Below the pieces are notes generated by a model. That model was not told where the DNA came from. It made no database searches and saw nothing but the letters and a program-made list of their open reading frames with translations. Shown in pieces: positions 37,470 through 49,960 of a DNA stretch of 64,000 bases (positions within the stretch are counted from its first letter, which is position 1; each line of letters begins with the position of its first letter). A program made the position numbers and the translations under genes. This DNA is from Eledone cirrhosa (lineage: Eukaryota): NCBI GenBank assembly GCA_964016885.1, contig OZ024754.1:40548001-40612000 (forward strand). The letters run 5' to 3'.

Positions 37470-37905
37470 ATTATTGTGTACAGTACTCAGGTGCACTACA
37501 ACTCATCAAAGGTGCATGTATAGTACATAGAATAATGTACAAATGTCAGGAAAGTGAACAGTGTATGATTCATGATATACATGTGTGCGTGTGTATGGAG
37601 GGGGAATATTAGGTGTAGTGTTGGCGAATTTCAGGAAGCATGGAGGTTTCAAAAGATGCAGTGTCTCAACAGCTAACAACTGATGCAGGTAGTTTGTTCC
37701 ATGCTTCAGCAACTCTGAGCATGAAAAAATGTTTCCGAAAGTCATGGGAGCTGTGCTGTTTTCTGACTTTGTAGGCATGCCCACGTGTGTTAGACATGGA
37801 AATCAAAAAGGTGCTCAGGGTTGTTGTTGGTAAGATGGTTAATAATTTTGTGGGTGTTTACCAAGTCAGTTGCCAGACGTCGGTGTTTCAATGTATCCAT
37901 GCCCT
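37470..37905 (-). mobile_element. CR1-like LINE 3' fragment
   Basis: GMDTLKHRRLATDLVNTHKII..TRGHAYKVRK..RKHFFMLRVAEAWNKLP; tail GATGAGTTGTAGTGCACCTGAGTACTGTACACAAT also at ~24087-24122. Confidence 0.75.
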
Positions 37906-38772
37906 TATTATCAATATTATTATTAGAGAAACAAATCAATTATAGAACACAAACTCTTTGAAGTAATATTAATTGCTTTAATTATTTCCATTTTTATATC
38001 CTATGATAAACAAGTTATAAGATCAAAAGCTCCATATTTTTTATTAATATGATCTAAAAATTATAAATAGGACATTTTCTAGAAAAAACAATCAAACTGC
38101 CAACATCTGGATTAAAGTCCCCCATTAGGATATATGACTCAGTCTTAACTAGGACATATGTCTCAGTCTTAATTATATCTAACATTAGGACATATGTCTC
38201 AGTCTTAACTATATCTAACATTAGGATATATGACTCAGTCTTAACTAGGACATATGTCTCAGTCTTAACTAAGATATATGACTCAGTCTTAAGTGACTTC
38301 ATCAAGGAAAGATCTGTATTTAGACTCCCTGTTTGCTGCATAAACTTGTATCACCCAGAGATCTTTTTTTTTTCAGCCTAAGCTTCACGAGGCAGATCTT
38401 CCCTCCTAATGAGATCCAGTCCATAACATATTCTGGGGCTTGTATCACCACTCCTATGTTACAGCTTTAAAGAATGGATTATGATGATGATGGTGGTTGT
38501 TGTTGTTGTGGAGGAGAAGAAGAAGACAGAAGAAGAAGTGCCTACCATTATAACTAGAGATAATAGTGAAGAAAATTTAAATTCACCCAATCTTCTCAAC
38601 TATTATTTACAGCGATCGACTGTTATAACAGTTATTTTATACGTTTGGGACACTTACATTTTTTCAAACAATCCTATGTTGTAATATAAAGAATACCTAT
38701 GAAATATTCTACATAATATGTATTATATGTATGGAACAGTGATATATCTTACAGATCTGATTATATAAGAAT

Positions 38773-38774
<2 letters not shown>

Positions 38775-38870
<96 letters not shown>

Positions 38871-38966
38871 GGGGGGGGGGCATTAAACCTAACTTCACTG
38901 TGGAAACATGATAGAACAAAGAGAAAAAAACCCCAGCAGTTGCAGCAGTTGTTAAAAGGTTATATC

Positions 38967-39021
<55 letters not shown>

Positions 39022-39032
39022 GGGGGGGGGGG
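38775..39032. repeat. (AT)n(AG)n(G)n compound microsatellites
   Basis: direct inspection. Confidence 0.9.
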
Positions 39033-39157
39033 CGTAAAAAAAAAAACAATTGATAAAAAACCGAATGTTGTCATGTGTTAATTAGTTAAGCTTGTGACTA
39101 AAACTTTCAATTATAAGTGTCCTAGTTTATGGCATCATAGGAAAGTACTTGTATGGA

Positions 39158-39375
39158 AAGGGTAATATTATAACTTGTTGAGGGTCTAACTTTAGCTATC
39201 TGTATTCTATATACTTATTATATTTAAACAAAAGGGTAATATTATAACTTGTTGAGGGTCTAACTTTAGCTATCTGTATTCTATATACCTATTATATTTA
39301 AACAAAAGGGTAATAATATAACTTGTTGAGGGTCTAACTTTAGCTATCTGTATTCTATATACCTATTATTAATTT
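39158..39375. repeat. ~73-bp tandem repeat, 3 copies
   Basis: AAAGGGTAATATTATAACTTGTTGAGGGTC recurring. Confidence 0.88.
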
Positions 39376-39770
39376 TAAACAATATAAGGGTGGTGAATTG
39401 GCAGTATCGGTAGAGGGTCGGACATGCTTTCCAGCACAGTTACGTCCCTTTACGATCTGAGTTCAAATCCCGCCGAGGTTAAATTTGCCTTTCATCCATA
39501 CGGGGGTCGACAAAATAAAATACCAGTAATGCACTGGGTAATTGCTGGCCTTGTGCCAAAAAAAAGTAGAAACAATTAATCTTAAACAATATATGACCTG
39601 GGTAGAGGTGGTGAGAGCTGACCCCCAAATCACTGAGATTCTTCGCAGGCGAGATGATGAAGGAACACAACAGCGAGTGGAGAGATGCTGTACTGAGAAA
39701 GAGCCGTCTAATCCATACAAGCATGGAAAAACAGGCGTAAAAATGATGATGATGATATATATATACACAT

Positions 39771-39803
<33 letters not shown>

Positions 39804-40068
39804 CTTTGTTTTTCAATTTGTTTACCTAAAAACGTGTGTTGAGACAGATATTGTTATACTTTGGGAGGGTCATGCTACCAATAAAAACACATGTGTGTTT
39901 TTATTGGCAGCACGGCCCTCCCAAAGTATAACAATATATATATATATATATCATGATGGATTCAGTTTGAAACTAGTCAGACCATTACTCAACAGAGTAC
40001 TCAATACTTGGGGTAGTAGAGTATGGTTATATAAAGAGTCAGGACCCGTCGGCTGAGCTCTTGCCATT

Positions 40069-41265
40069 TCAACAGCTAGTCAACTGTTGAGACAGTATCA
40101 ACAGATGACCCTGTCTCAACAGTTGAGACAGTCTCAACAGATGACACTGTATCAACAGTTGAGACAGTATCAACAGTTGACACTGTATCAACAGATGACA
40201 CTGTATCAACAGATGACACTGTCTCAACAGTTGAGACAGTCTCAACAGATGACACTGTATCAACAGTTGACACTGTGTCAACGGATGATACTGTATCAAC
40301 AGTTGAGACAGTATCAACAGTTGACACTGTCTCAACTGTTGATACAGTGTCATCCGTTGACACAGTGTCAACTGTTGATACTGTCTCAACTGTTGATACT
40401 GTCTCAACTGTTGATACAGTGTCAACTGTTGATACTGTCTCAACTGTTGATACAGTGTCATCCGTTGACACAGTGTCAACTGTTGATACAGTGTCATCTG
40501 TTGATACAGTGTCAACTGTTGATACTGTCTCAACTGTTGATACAGTGTCAACTGTTGACACTGTATCAACAGTTGAGACTGTCTCAACAGATGACACTGT
40601 ATCAACAGTTGACACTGTGTCAACAGTTGAGACAGTATCAACAGTTGACACTGTATCAACAGTTGAGACAGTATCAACAGTTGACACTGTATCAACAGTT
40701 GAGACTGTATCAACAGTTGAGACTGTATCAACAGTTGAGACAGTATCAACAGTTGAGACAGTATCAACAGTTGAGACTGTCTCAACAGATGACACTGTAT
40801 CAACAGATGACACTGTATCAACAGTTGAGACAGTATCAACAGTTGACACTGTATCAACAGATGACACTGTATCAACAGTTGAGACAGTATCAACAGTTGA
40901 CACTGTATCAACAGTTGACACTGTATCAACAGTTGAGACTGTATCAACAGTTGACACTGTATCAACAGTTGAGACTGTCTCAACAGATGACACTGTATCA
41001 ACAGTTGACACTGTGTCAACAGTTGAGACAGTATCAACAGTTGACACTGTATCAACAGTTGAGACAGTATCAACAGTTGACACTGTATCAACAGTTGAGA
41101 CTGTATCAACAGTTGAGACAGTATCAACAGTTGAGACTGTCTCAACAGATGACACTGTATCAACAGATGACACTGTATCAACAGATGACACTGTATCAAC
41201 AGATGACACTGTCTCAACAGTTGAGACAGTCTCAACAGATGACACTGTCTTAACTATTGACACAG
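40069..41265. repeat. Self-complementary 9/18-bp satellite (GACACTGTATCAACAGTT variants) with an internal inversion at ~40326-40557
   Basis: alternating TCAAC-A-GTTGA and GANAC-T-GTNTC pseudo-dyads; open frames on both strands. Confidence 0.95.
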
Positions 41266-41407
41266 CATTGTCTGGAAGACTAGACTTCTCAGGAAATTGA
41301 CCAAACTCTGGTTCCCCTGAACAGTGTTCTATTGCTGGGATGTTGACTTTTTGAAAAAATGTTATCAAAGCAAGTTTTGATTCTGTTGATGATATGCTGA
41401 GAAGTCA

Positions 41408-41895
41408 GGTAGACCAGGTGTGTAATCAACAGTAAACCAGGTGTGTAAGCAGGAGCAGACAGGTGTGTAAGCAGCAGTAGACCAGGTGTGTAAGCAGCAG
41501 TAGACCAGGTGTGTAAGCAGCAGTAGACCAGGTTTACAAGCAGATGTAGACCAACTGTGTAAGCAGCAGTAGACCAGGTGTGTAAGCAGCAGTAGACCAG
41601 GTGTGTGAGCAGCAGTAGACCAGGTGTGTAAGCAGCAGTAGACCAACTCTGTAAGCAGCAGTAGACCAGGTGTGTAAGCAGCAGTAGACCAGGTGTGTGA
41701 GCAGCAGTAGACCAGGTGTGTAAGCAGGAGTAGACCAGGTGTGTAAGCAGGAGTAGACAGGTGTGTAAGCAGGAGTAGACAGGTGTGTAAGCAGCAGTAG
41801 ACCAGGTGTGTAAGCAGCAGTAGACCAGGTGTGTAAGCAGCAGTAGACTAGGTGTGTAAGCAGGAGTAGACAGGTGTGTAAGCAGCAGTAGACCA
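41408..41895. repeat. 23-bp minisatellite (AGTAGACCAGGTGTGTAAGCAGC), ~21 copies
   Basis: direct inspection. Confidence 0.92.
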
Positions 41896-44800
41896 GTATT
41901 GATCTGGTTATCAAAGAGGAAATCATGGCCTCAACACTTCAATTTCATCGTCATTCTACAAAGACTAGAAAGACTAAAACTTTAAAGTTCAAATAATTGC
42001 TATGATATCATTTCTGTTACTTTCATTTTTACTGTATTATTGTATATTGTATACTTTGGTTGAAGTCTGGTAGACAGCCATTTGCAATGAAAGCCTTCAG
42101 CCATTTGCAATGAAAGCCTTCAGCCATTTGCAATAAAAGTCGTCAGCCATTTGCAATAAATACAGACATATTCACACTTGTACTTTGAATTCGAAAGTTG
42201 AACCTTTTAACCAAATAAAACTATTTGATGCTTGACTACTGTTACTTATTTTATGATTCTGAAGAGATAAAAGCAAAGATGAACTCTGTAGAATTTGCAC
42301 TCAGAACATAAACAACCAAAACTGGATTCTTATTTTTTTCCACTGTACCATTCTAATTTGATCTGTAATTCTGACAATTGTCGTTGTCTAGTTAACTCTT
42401 AAAGTCTTGTACCACATGCAACCACATGAGTAAAACATTTTTGAAGAATACAAAACAACACTGTGACTACATGACATTAAAAAACTAAAGTGTTTTCTTT
42501 AATACTACAAATTTTCACAACGATTAAGTAACATTTGAATTAACAAAACCTCTTTTGAAATATTTGTAGTATTTTACTGAGTTAGTTTAAAATATTAAAT
42601 TACTGAATATTGTAAAGGATACACTAGTTACTGTAAAATGACTCCAACATATGAAGGTAGTTGTAAGAAAATGAATTTTACTTCTATCTACCATAGTGGT
42701 GGGTGAGGTGGGGATACTTTAATAGAAACCAGTCTGATTGTAATTTATATTTGTTTAAGTGAACATAACAAAGACACCTACTGTGAAATAAGACCAACAG
42801 ATAAAGTTGTATAATGCGGTTGTATGAATGTCTTTTGGTTTACACTTACAGAGTGTAGTTTAACCCTTTGAATTCTCTCACCTCTTTCTGTTCAAACCTG
42901 TTGCAACTGACCCCTTATACTGATGTTAAGCTATTGTTCTCAAAATAAATAATATCAAAATCTCATAGCTTTGATATTGTGTGAGATATTACGTGAAATA
43001 AAGCCTTTACTGTGAAAATAAAACAGTAAATATCGAGTAATGTAAATGGTAAAGGGTTAAAGCAAAGAGATGGAATATAGTCTGGAGTTGAACATGCTAA
43101 CACTGCAGGAGAAAGTTTTCAATGATGCTCTTAGAAAATAAATTTCAACACAAGAATAAGACTTTAGTAGTGTAAAATAAAACCAAATTAAGTAGGTAAA
43201 GATTATTTCTACATAAATTTTCTTATGTTGACAGAGGAGCAGAAATTTGTAGGGAAGAAAAAATTTTTCAACTGAATTAATTCAGTATAGAGTTAGTATT
43301 TATTTTAGTAACTCTTGGGAACTATACCCACCACCACACTCTCCTGAAACAGAACTGTATTTATATTATAACTTTCATTCCTTTATTCTTTTACTTGTTT
43401 TAGACTGTGGTCATGCTGGGGCACCACCTTCATTTAGCCAATCATGGTCTCTGTACTTATTTAAGTCTGGTACTTATTTTATAAATGTCTCTTTTGATAA
43501 ATTGATGCGTTAAAGACACAAACACCAACAGACACAAATATAAACATAGACACACACACATATGTACACATGTATGTATATATATATATATATATATGTT
43601 CCCTACATACAAAGTTAACCTACAGTCAGTAGGCATCTCTTAACCAAACATACACCCCAACTCCATCCTTCCACTCCCACCAACACCAACCTTTCTCTAT
43701 AAAGTTATGTTGGTACCACAGAACATCCAGTCCAAACTAAAGAGGTTGTGTAGGTGTCACGACAAAAAAAAAAAAGCACACAGTCCACACTGTAAGGTGG
43801 TTGGTGTTAGGAAGGACATCCGGTTGTAGAAAACCTGCCAGAGACACTTCCATACCAGTGAGACTACCACCTTACAAGATGGATTGGGTGCTTTTTATTA
43901 TCACACCAGTACTACTACCTCACATTTTATGTATGTATATATATAAGTATATATGTGCAAGTTAACTGCATCTGTAGGTGGTATGCCAAGTGAGCACCCG
44001 ATGCTCTTGTCAGAGTATGAATAGTATAAGAATAAAGGAACAAAGAATCAGTATTGCATCATAATATATTTAATAACATATTACATATGTTATTAAATAT
44101 GATATCGACACAGTGGACAGCACGGAAAAAGGAGGATGGGGTAGGGTGTGTGGGGTGGGGGTGTACATTGGGTTAAGAGGTGCCTACTGACTGTAGGTTT
44201 GTATGCAAGGGAAGGCAGGTTTTCTGTACAACTGCATGGCGCCAAAGATCTTGATCCAGTGACATTGTCTTAGAGAGGTGTACGCGTGCATGTTCAGTTT
44301 TTATCACCTCGTCCCAGGTTTTTCTTGGTCTACCCACTCCGTAGCTTCCATCAATTTTCATTGCCCTGCACTTGTTTTATGCAGCTGTCGTCCTTCATAC
44401 GCATCACATGGCCATACCAACGCAATCTCCTCTCCAGAACACAACATTTGATACCTCTTATGCTTAGTCTCTCTCTCAATTCGTTTATGCTTTGCTGTAT
44501 TTTCATAAAGAAATGATATGCAGGGAATTACTGAAGAGACCCCAGTATTTTTATAAAGAAATGATAGGGAGGGAATTACTGAAGGGATCCCAGTATTTTC
44601 ATAAAGAAATGATATGGATGGAATCACTGAAGGGACCCCAATCCCCCAGTATTTTCATAAAGAAATGATAGGGAGGGGACCACAGAGCAGATTGAGGTCA
44701 GAAAAGGAATGCTTTTGTGAAATTGTCACTGTGTATGTAGCACAGGTGTGAATAAGTGTCACACTGAACATGACTCTCTAACAATTACTTTTCTTTCTTT

Positions 44801-45987
44801 CTCCCTCACCCCACCGCTTTCACAAGTCTTGTTACTCCACATTATTGAAATAACACAGAATGAACATTTAACAAAAAAAAAAACAGGCATTTTATTGCAT
44901 GTCATATATGAGCGACCAGTTACAGCTGGTTTGAACAGTAAGAGGTAAGATAATTCTGGCAGGATATGGCCGGTTTAAATGCTAAAGGCTTAACATACCT
45001 TTTATCATTATCTTATAAGGTTGAGGGTGGTAAATAGGCAGTAATTAGTAGAGCGTCAGACACCCTGCTTCGTGGCACAGAGTTACGGCCCTTTATGTTC
45101 TGAGTTCAAATCCCGCCGAGGTTAGCTTTACCTTTCATCCTTACGGGGTCGATAAAACAAAGTACCAGTCACGCACTGGTGTCGATTTAATCGAATTTCC
45201 CCTCCCCTTCAAATTGCTGGCCTTGTGCCTAAAGTAGAAACCATCATTATCTTATAAGGTGTATGTAAAGGTGTATGGTTTAGTGGTTAGAGCATTGGGC
45301 TTGCAATCCTGAGGTTGTGAGTTCGATTCTTGGACGAGGTGATGGATTGTGTCCTTGAGCAAGACACTTTATTTTCATGTTGCTCCAGTTTACTCAGCTG
45401 TAGAAATGTGTTGCGATGTCACTGGTGCCAAGCTGTATTGGCTATTGGCAATATATAATAATTGTTTCTACTTTAGGCACAAGGCCAGCAATTACCCAGT
45501 GCATTACTGGTACTTTATTTTATCGACCCCGTAAGAATGAAAGGCAAAGTTAACCTCGGCGGAATTTGAACTCAGTCCGTAAAGGGACGTAACTGTGCTG
45601 CAAAGCATGGCGTCCGACCCTCTACCGATACTGGCAATCCACCAGGCACTTGGTCAGTTATTTCGGAGGGGAGGAGTCGATTAAATCAACCCCACTGTAT
45701 GACTGGTACTGTATTTTATTGAACCAGGAAGGAAAAAGGGCAAAGTAGACCATGACAGGAGTTGAACTCAAACCATTAAGAGCCAAAACAAATACCACAT
45801 AGCATTTTGTGTGATGTTCTAACATGACTAAGATAATAAAAAATTAATTAAGATAATAAAAAATTAATTATAAATCTGTTTATTGTAGCTGACATACCTA
45901 AGCTGTCACTAACAACAACAACTGAGAAACAATAAAAATGAATTTCCTATATTTTAATAACCAAGACTGTGTTGCTTAGTAGCATGT

Positions 45988-46203
45988 TTAACCCTTTAGT
46001 ATTTAAACTGACCGTACCCGGCTAGAATTCCTTCACCTCTTTCTGTTCAAACAAGTCATAACTGGCCACTAATACTGATATTAAGGTATTCTTCTCAAAA
46101 TAAATAATATCAAAATCTCATAGATTCGATATTATGCGACGTAAAGCCTTTTATGTGAAAATACAATAATATATATAGAGTAATGTGAATGCTAAAGGGT
46201 TAA
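45988..46203 (+). mobile_element. piggyBac-type MITE copy
   Basis: TTAACCCTTTAG...CTAAAGGGTTAA. Confidence 0.78.
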
Positions 46204-46429
46204 CAACATCACTCCACTGGTCATTGGGAGTGGTCATTAAGGACTATTGCTAGTGAACTCTCCACAATGAGTATAAGATTCCAACACTGTTGTGACAGTA
46301 AAAATATCATTCTTATTACCAAATAATGACTATTATATAATCACAGCTTACAAATGTTGGATTTGGTTCAAAGTAAATTAAAAGATGTTAAAACCAACTG
46401 AATATTAAATACATCGAAATATTATTATC

Positions 46430-46722
46430 TTCTCGCCTCACTGAAGTATCAGGTGATGCTTGTGAGGGTACTTGGCTGTTGCTGTACCTTAGCCTCGCTA
46501 TCTTTACACTTTACTCAAGTATCAGGTGATGCTTGTGAGGGTACTTGGCTGTTGCTGTACCTTAGCCTCGCTATCTTTACACTTTACTCAAGTATCAGGT
46601 GATGCTCATGAGGGTACTTCGCTCCTCCAGTACCTTAGCCTCGCTATCTTCTCGCCTCACTGAAGTATCAGGTGATGCTCATGAGGGTACTTGGCTGTTG
46701 CTGTACCTTAGCCTCGCTATAA
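46430..46722. repeat. ~72-bp tandem repeat of a dispersed repeat (related sequence at ~14525-14580 and 56160-56215)
   Basis: GTGATGCTTGTGAGGGTACTTGGCTGTTGCTGTACCTTAGCCTCGCTATC recurring. Confidence 0.8.
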
Positions 46723-48224
46723 CCTGCAGTAATACCACGAATGTCTTGATTTGTCTTAAAACCTTTTAGTGAGAAACACCAACATTCCCTGTGGTAACAT
46801 GTTATTCAATGTGTAGGCCTCCTCTCATTTTCTATAACTAATTTAATTTCTATTGATTTCTTTCTTTCACAAATAACATTTATTGTAGTAAAGATAAATG
46901 TCTCGTCTACTACGATGTAATTAAGAATATTCATTTTAGTTTTTTGGTTTATATACCACGAAAAATATGGGCGGAGGTGGTGAGAGCAGACCTCAGATCG
47001 CTGTAACTCACCGAGGAGACGACGAAGGAACGTGACGGGTGGAGAGATGCTGTGCTGTGCAAGCAGGGAAAAGCGGATGTAAAATGATGATGGTGATGAT
47101 ATGTAACTAATAGTAGTTTAGTACTATAAAAGAATAGTACAGTAACCATTATGTTATATGAAGCAGCACCTGGTGTAAAGAAGCAGGTAGTTAAGTCTAA
47201 TTTGACTAGCTGTTTTATATCGGGTATTCTATCTACTACTCCTCACCTTGCTGCCAGACAATTACAGGTGAGACAGTTAAAACCAGTATTGATTAATGAA
47301 TGACAGTATAAAGCTATTAATTACAGAGATTATTATAATCTCTGAACTTTGAACAAAACAATAAGACAGAGAAAATGAAGCTAATCCCCTCTTAAGCAAT
47401 ATTTTCTAATTTTATTGTGGCAATGTTCTTTTGGCACCTTTTCTGTTCCACTACTTCTTCCAATTGAAAGCCATTTACATCAACAGTGGAACAAATCTAA
47501 TTGGAAGATCAAATACTTACAGAAAGATTTTCATGAAAGTAGGCGGTTGTTTATAAACCAAAAGATTATATTTTCATTAAGGATCAGGTAAAAACTTTAG
47601 TTACCATATTCCTAATGAAAGAAACTGCTTAAATCTTTTTGAAAATAATTTAGAATTTAATCATAAACTAACATTCTTATTATATATTTTGGGTTTGAAA
47701 CACAACATAATAAAAGATCTTACACAGAATTAATGGTGAAAGGTTTTTAGATACATACAAACATTTTAAAATATGCAATTTAGCATTGTAGAACCTGAGG
47801 CAATTTCAGGCAAGTTTGGTGCCAAAAGAGTTTAACCCTTTTGTAACAATATTTCTAATGAAAGACACTGCTTCTGTTTTCCAAGTATTTTGAAAATAAT
47901 GTTAAGTTATATAACTAACTTTTTTATTATTAAACTGGTGTTTGGAACATAACTTAAAGTCTTTAACAGAAAATTATAACGGGACATTCTTAGATAAATA
48001 TAAACATTTTAGAACAGTTTTAAAACATAGAGTTATGAGAGGTGTCAAGTAGTTTGGTAGCAGAAGGGTTTGGGCATACATATCTGTGGAATACTCAACC
48101 ACTTATACAGTAATATCACAAGTATGTTGTAGTGGAATACTCAACCAGTTACTCAGTAATATTTCTCATGTAAACTAACAGAGGTTCGTTCTCTGTGACA
48201 TGTTCAAACTTTTACAAGTTAGCA

Positions 48225-48665
48225 AATGGCTACATAGGCTCAGGTATGACTGTGTGGTCAAGAAAGTGTTTACTAATGACTATACAGGCTCAGGTATGAC
48301 TGTGTGGTCAAGGAAGTGTTGACAAATGACTATACAAGCTCAGGTATGACTGTGTAGTCAAGAAAGTGTTAACTAATGACTATACAGGCTCAGGTATGAC
48401 TGTGTGGTCAAGGAAGTGTTGACTAATGACTATACAGGCTCAGGTATGACTGTGTGGTCAAGGAAGTGTTGACAAATGACTATACAAGCTCAGGTATGAC
48501 TGTGTGGTCAAGGAAGTGTTGACAAATGACTATACAAGCTCAGGTATGACTGTGTGGTCAAGGAAGTGTTGACAAATGACTATACAAGCTCAGGTATGAC
48601 TGTGTGGTCAAGGAAGTGTTGACAAATGACTATACAAGCTCAGGTATGACTGTGTGGTCAAGAAG
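48225..48665. repeat. 50-bp tandem repeat, ~9 copies
   Basis: CAGGTATGAC recurs every 50 nt from 48241 to 48641. Confidence 0.93.
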
Positions 48666-49419
48666 TTTACTTTGAAAAACCTGTGGTTCTGAGTTCAACC
48701 TCCATTAATCAAGAGTCTTCTACTATAGTCTCAGGCCAACCAATGTCTTGTGAGTGAATTTAGTGGACAGAAGCTGTATGGAAGCCTATTGTACACATAC
48801 ACATATATATATAAGTATATGTGATGTGTTGTTTTCTTGAGCAAGACACTTTATTTCACATTGCTCCAGTCTACTCAGCTGTAGAAATGAAATGATAGGA
48901 CTGGAGTCCCTATCATTCTACTGCAAAGTGGTCGTGTAGGCACCACGGAAAAAAAGCACCCAGCACTCACTGTAAATGAGGTTGGTGTTAGGAACGGCAT
49001 CCAGCTGCAGAAATCAAGCCAGAATCAGTTCCCATCCCACCCTTGCAAGCAGGGAAAAGCGAACGTAAAATGATGATGAATGATGATTATGATATATATT
49101 TGTTATTAAAGGTGACTATTCCAAGGTTTTCCAAATGTTACTGGCTTACCAGTTTTGATAACCCAATAACATTGGCATAACTTCAAAGTAGACACCTTTA
49201 ATGACTGGTCTTATATTATTCCCGCTAGATACTTCATATGAGTCTTTATTTAACTTGGCGTCCTTGAAATATGTATAATGAAATAAATATAGTTTCCATT
49301 TGTTAATATCGTATTTTTACTCCAAATATTTGTTGAGTGCTTTATATCAGTTATAAAAATATTTGCTTGTTGTATCCCAACAATTTAAATAGAACTTTTA
49401 CATATATATATATATATAT

Positions 49420-49960
49420 ATTTTGAGTATATGTTGGTTGTTTACCGACACCTCAGTATGCAGATTGGAGCACTCGACGAAGTACGCAGGTTAGTTTGGT
49501 TACTCCAGAGTAATGTAAAATAAAATAATTAAGTCAAATATTTAAAATTTGGCTTCGTTTATTAAAGGTGTACTGCTCTATATATTTCGGTGACAGCCAT
49601 CATTGGCTGTGACCTCTTCAGGCAGTCCGAATTGGTGTGGTAGAGACGGGTACACTTATTGTTGGGGTGTTTAACTCTGTCAATACTCCGATATGCCCAG
49701 TTCCTGGTTGGGTTGTTATTTCTCTGAAGAACTGGAATCATATGATATGGTGGTGATGATGGTGGTGGTGGTGGTAGTGGTGGTGGTGGTGTTGATGATG
49801 ATGGCGGCTTTTTAGTTTTAGGATGGTTAAATCTTTTAATTTAATACCTGTATGTATAACTTTTCAATTCCAATTACTTGCGCCAAGCTAACTTTGATAT
49901 GTAAAATTGTGGTAGGGTGCTGTGAATTCTAATTTTCTGGTGTTTGAGGGGGACCCCGCA
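49420..49960 (-). mobile_element. Probable Penelope-like 3' fragment containing the 49572-49626 hammerhead
   Basis: IEKLYIQVLN-like degenerate C-terminus upstream of HHR + AATAAA; ends at (TA)n. Confidence 0.4.
49572..49626 (-). ncRNA. Type-I hammerhead-like motif with a core substitution at U16.1
   Basis: ACTGC-CTGAAGA-GGTCACAGCCA atga TGGCTGTCACC-GAAA-TATATA-GA-GCAGT, then AATAAA. Confidence 0.55.

Noticed and set aside
40076-41368. 430-aa ORF of Thr-every-third-residue repeats, reminiscent of de novo antifreeze glycoproteins or mucins
   Set aside because: TTG start, no signal peptide, the N-terminal part looks like a decayed LINE, and equivalent ORFs exist on the other strand purely from repeat symmetry. 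Only expression or Ribo-seq data could revive it.
40069-41895. CRISPR-like array
   Set aside because: No unique spacers, no cas genes, eukaryotic context
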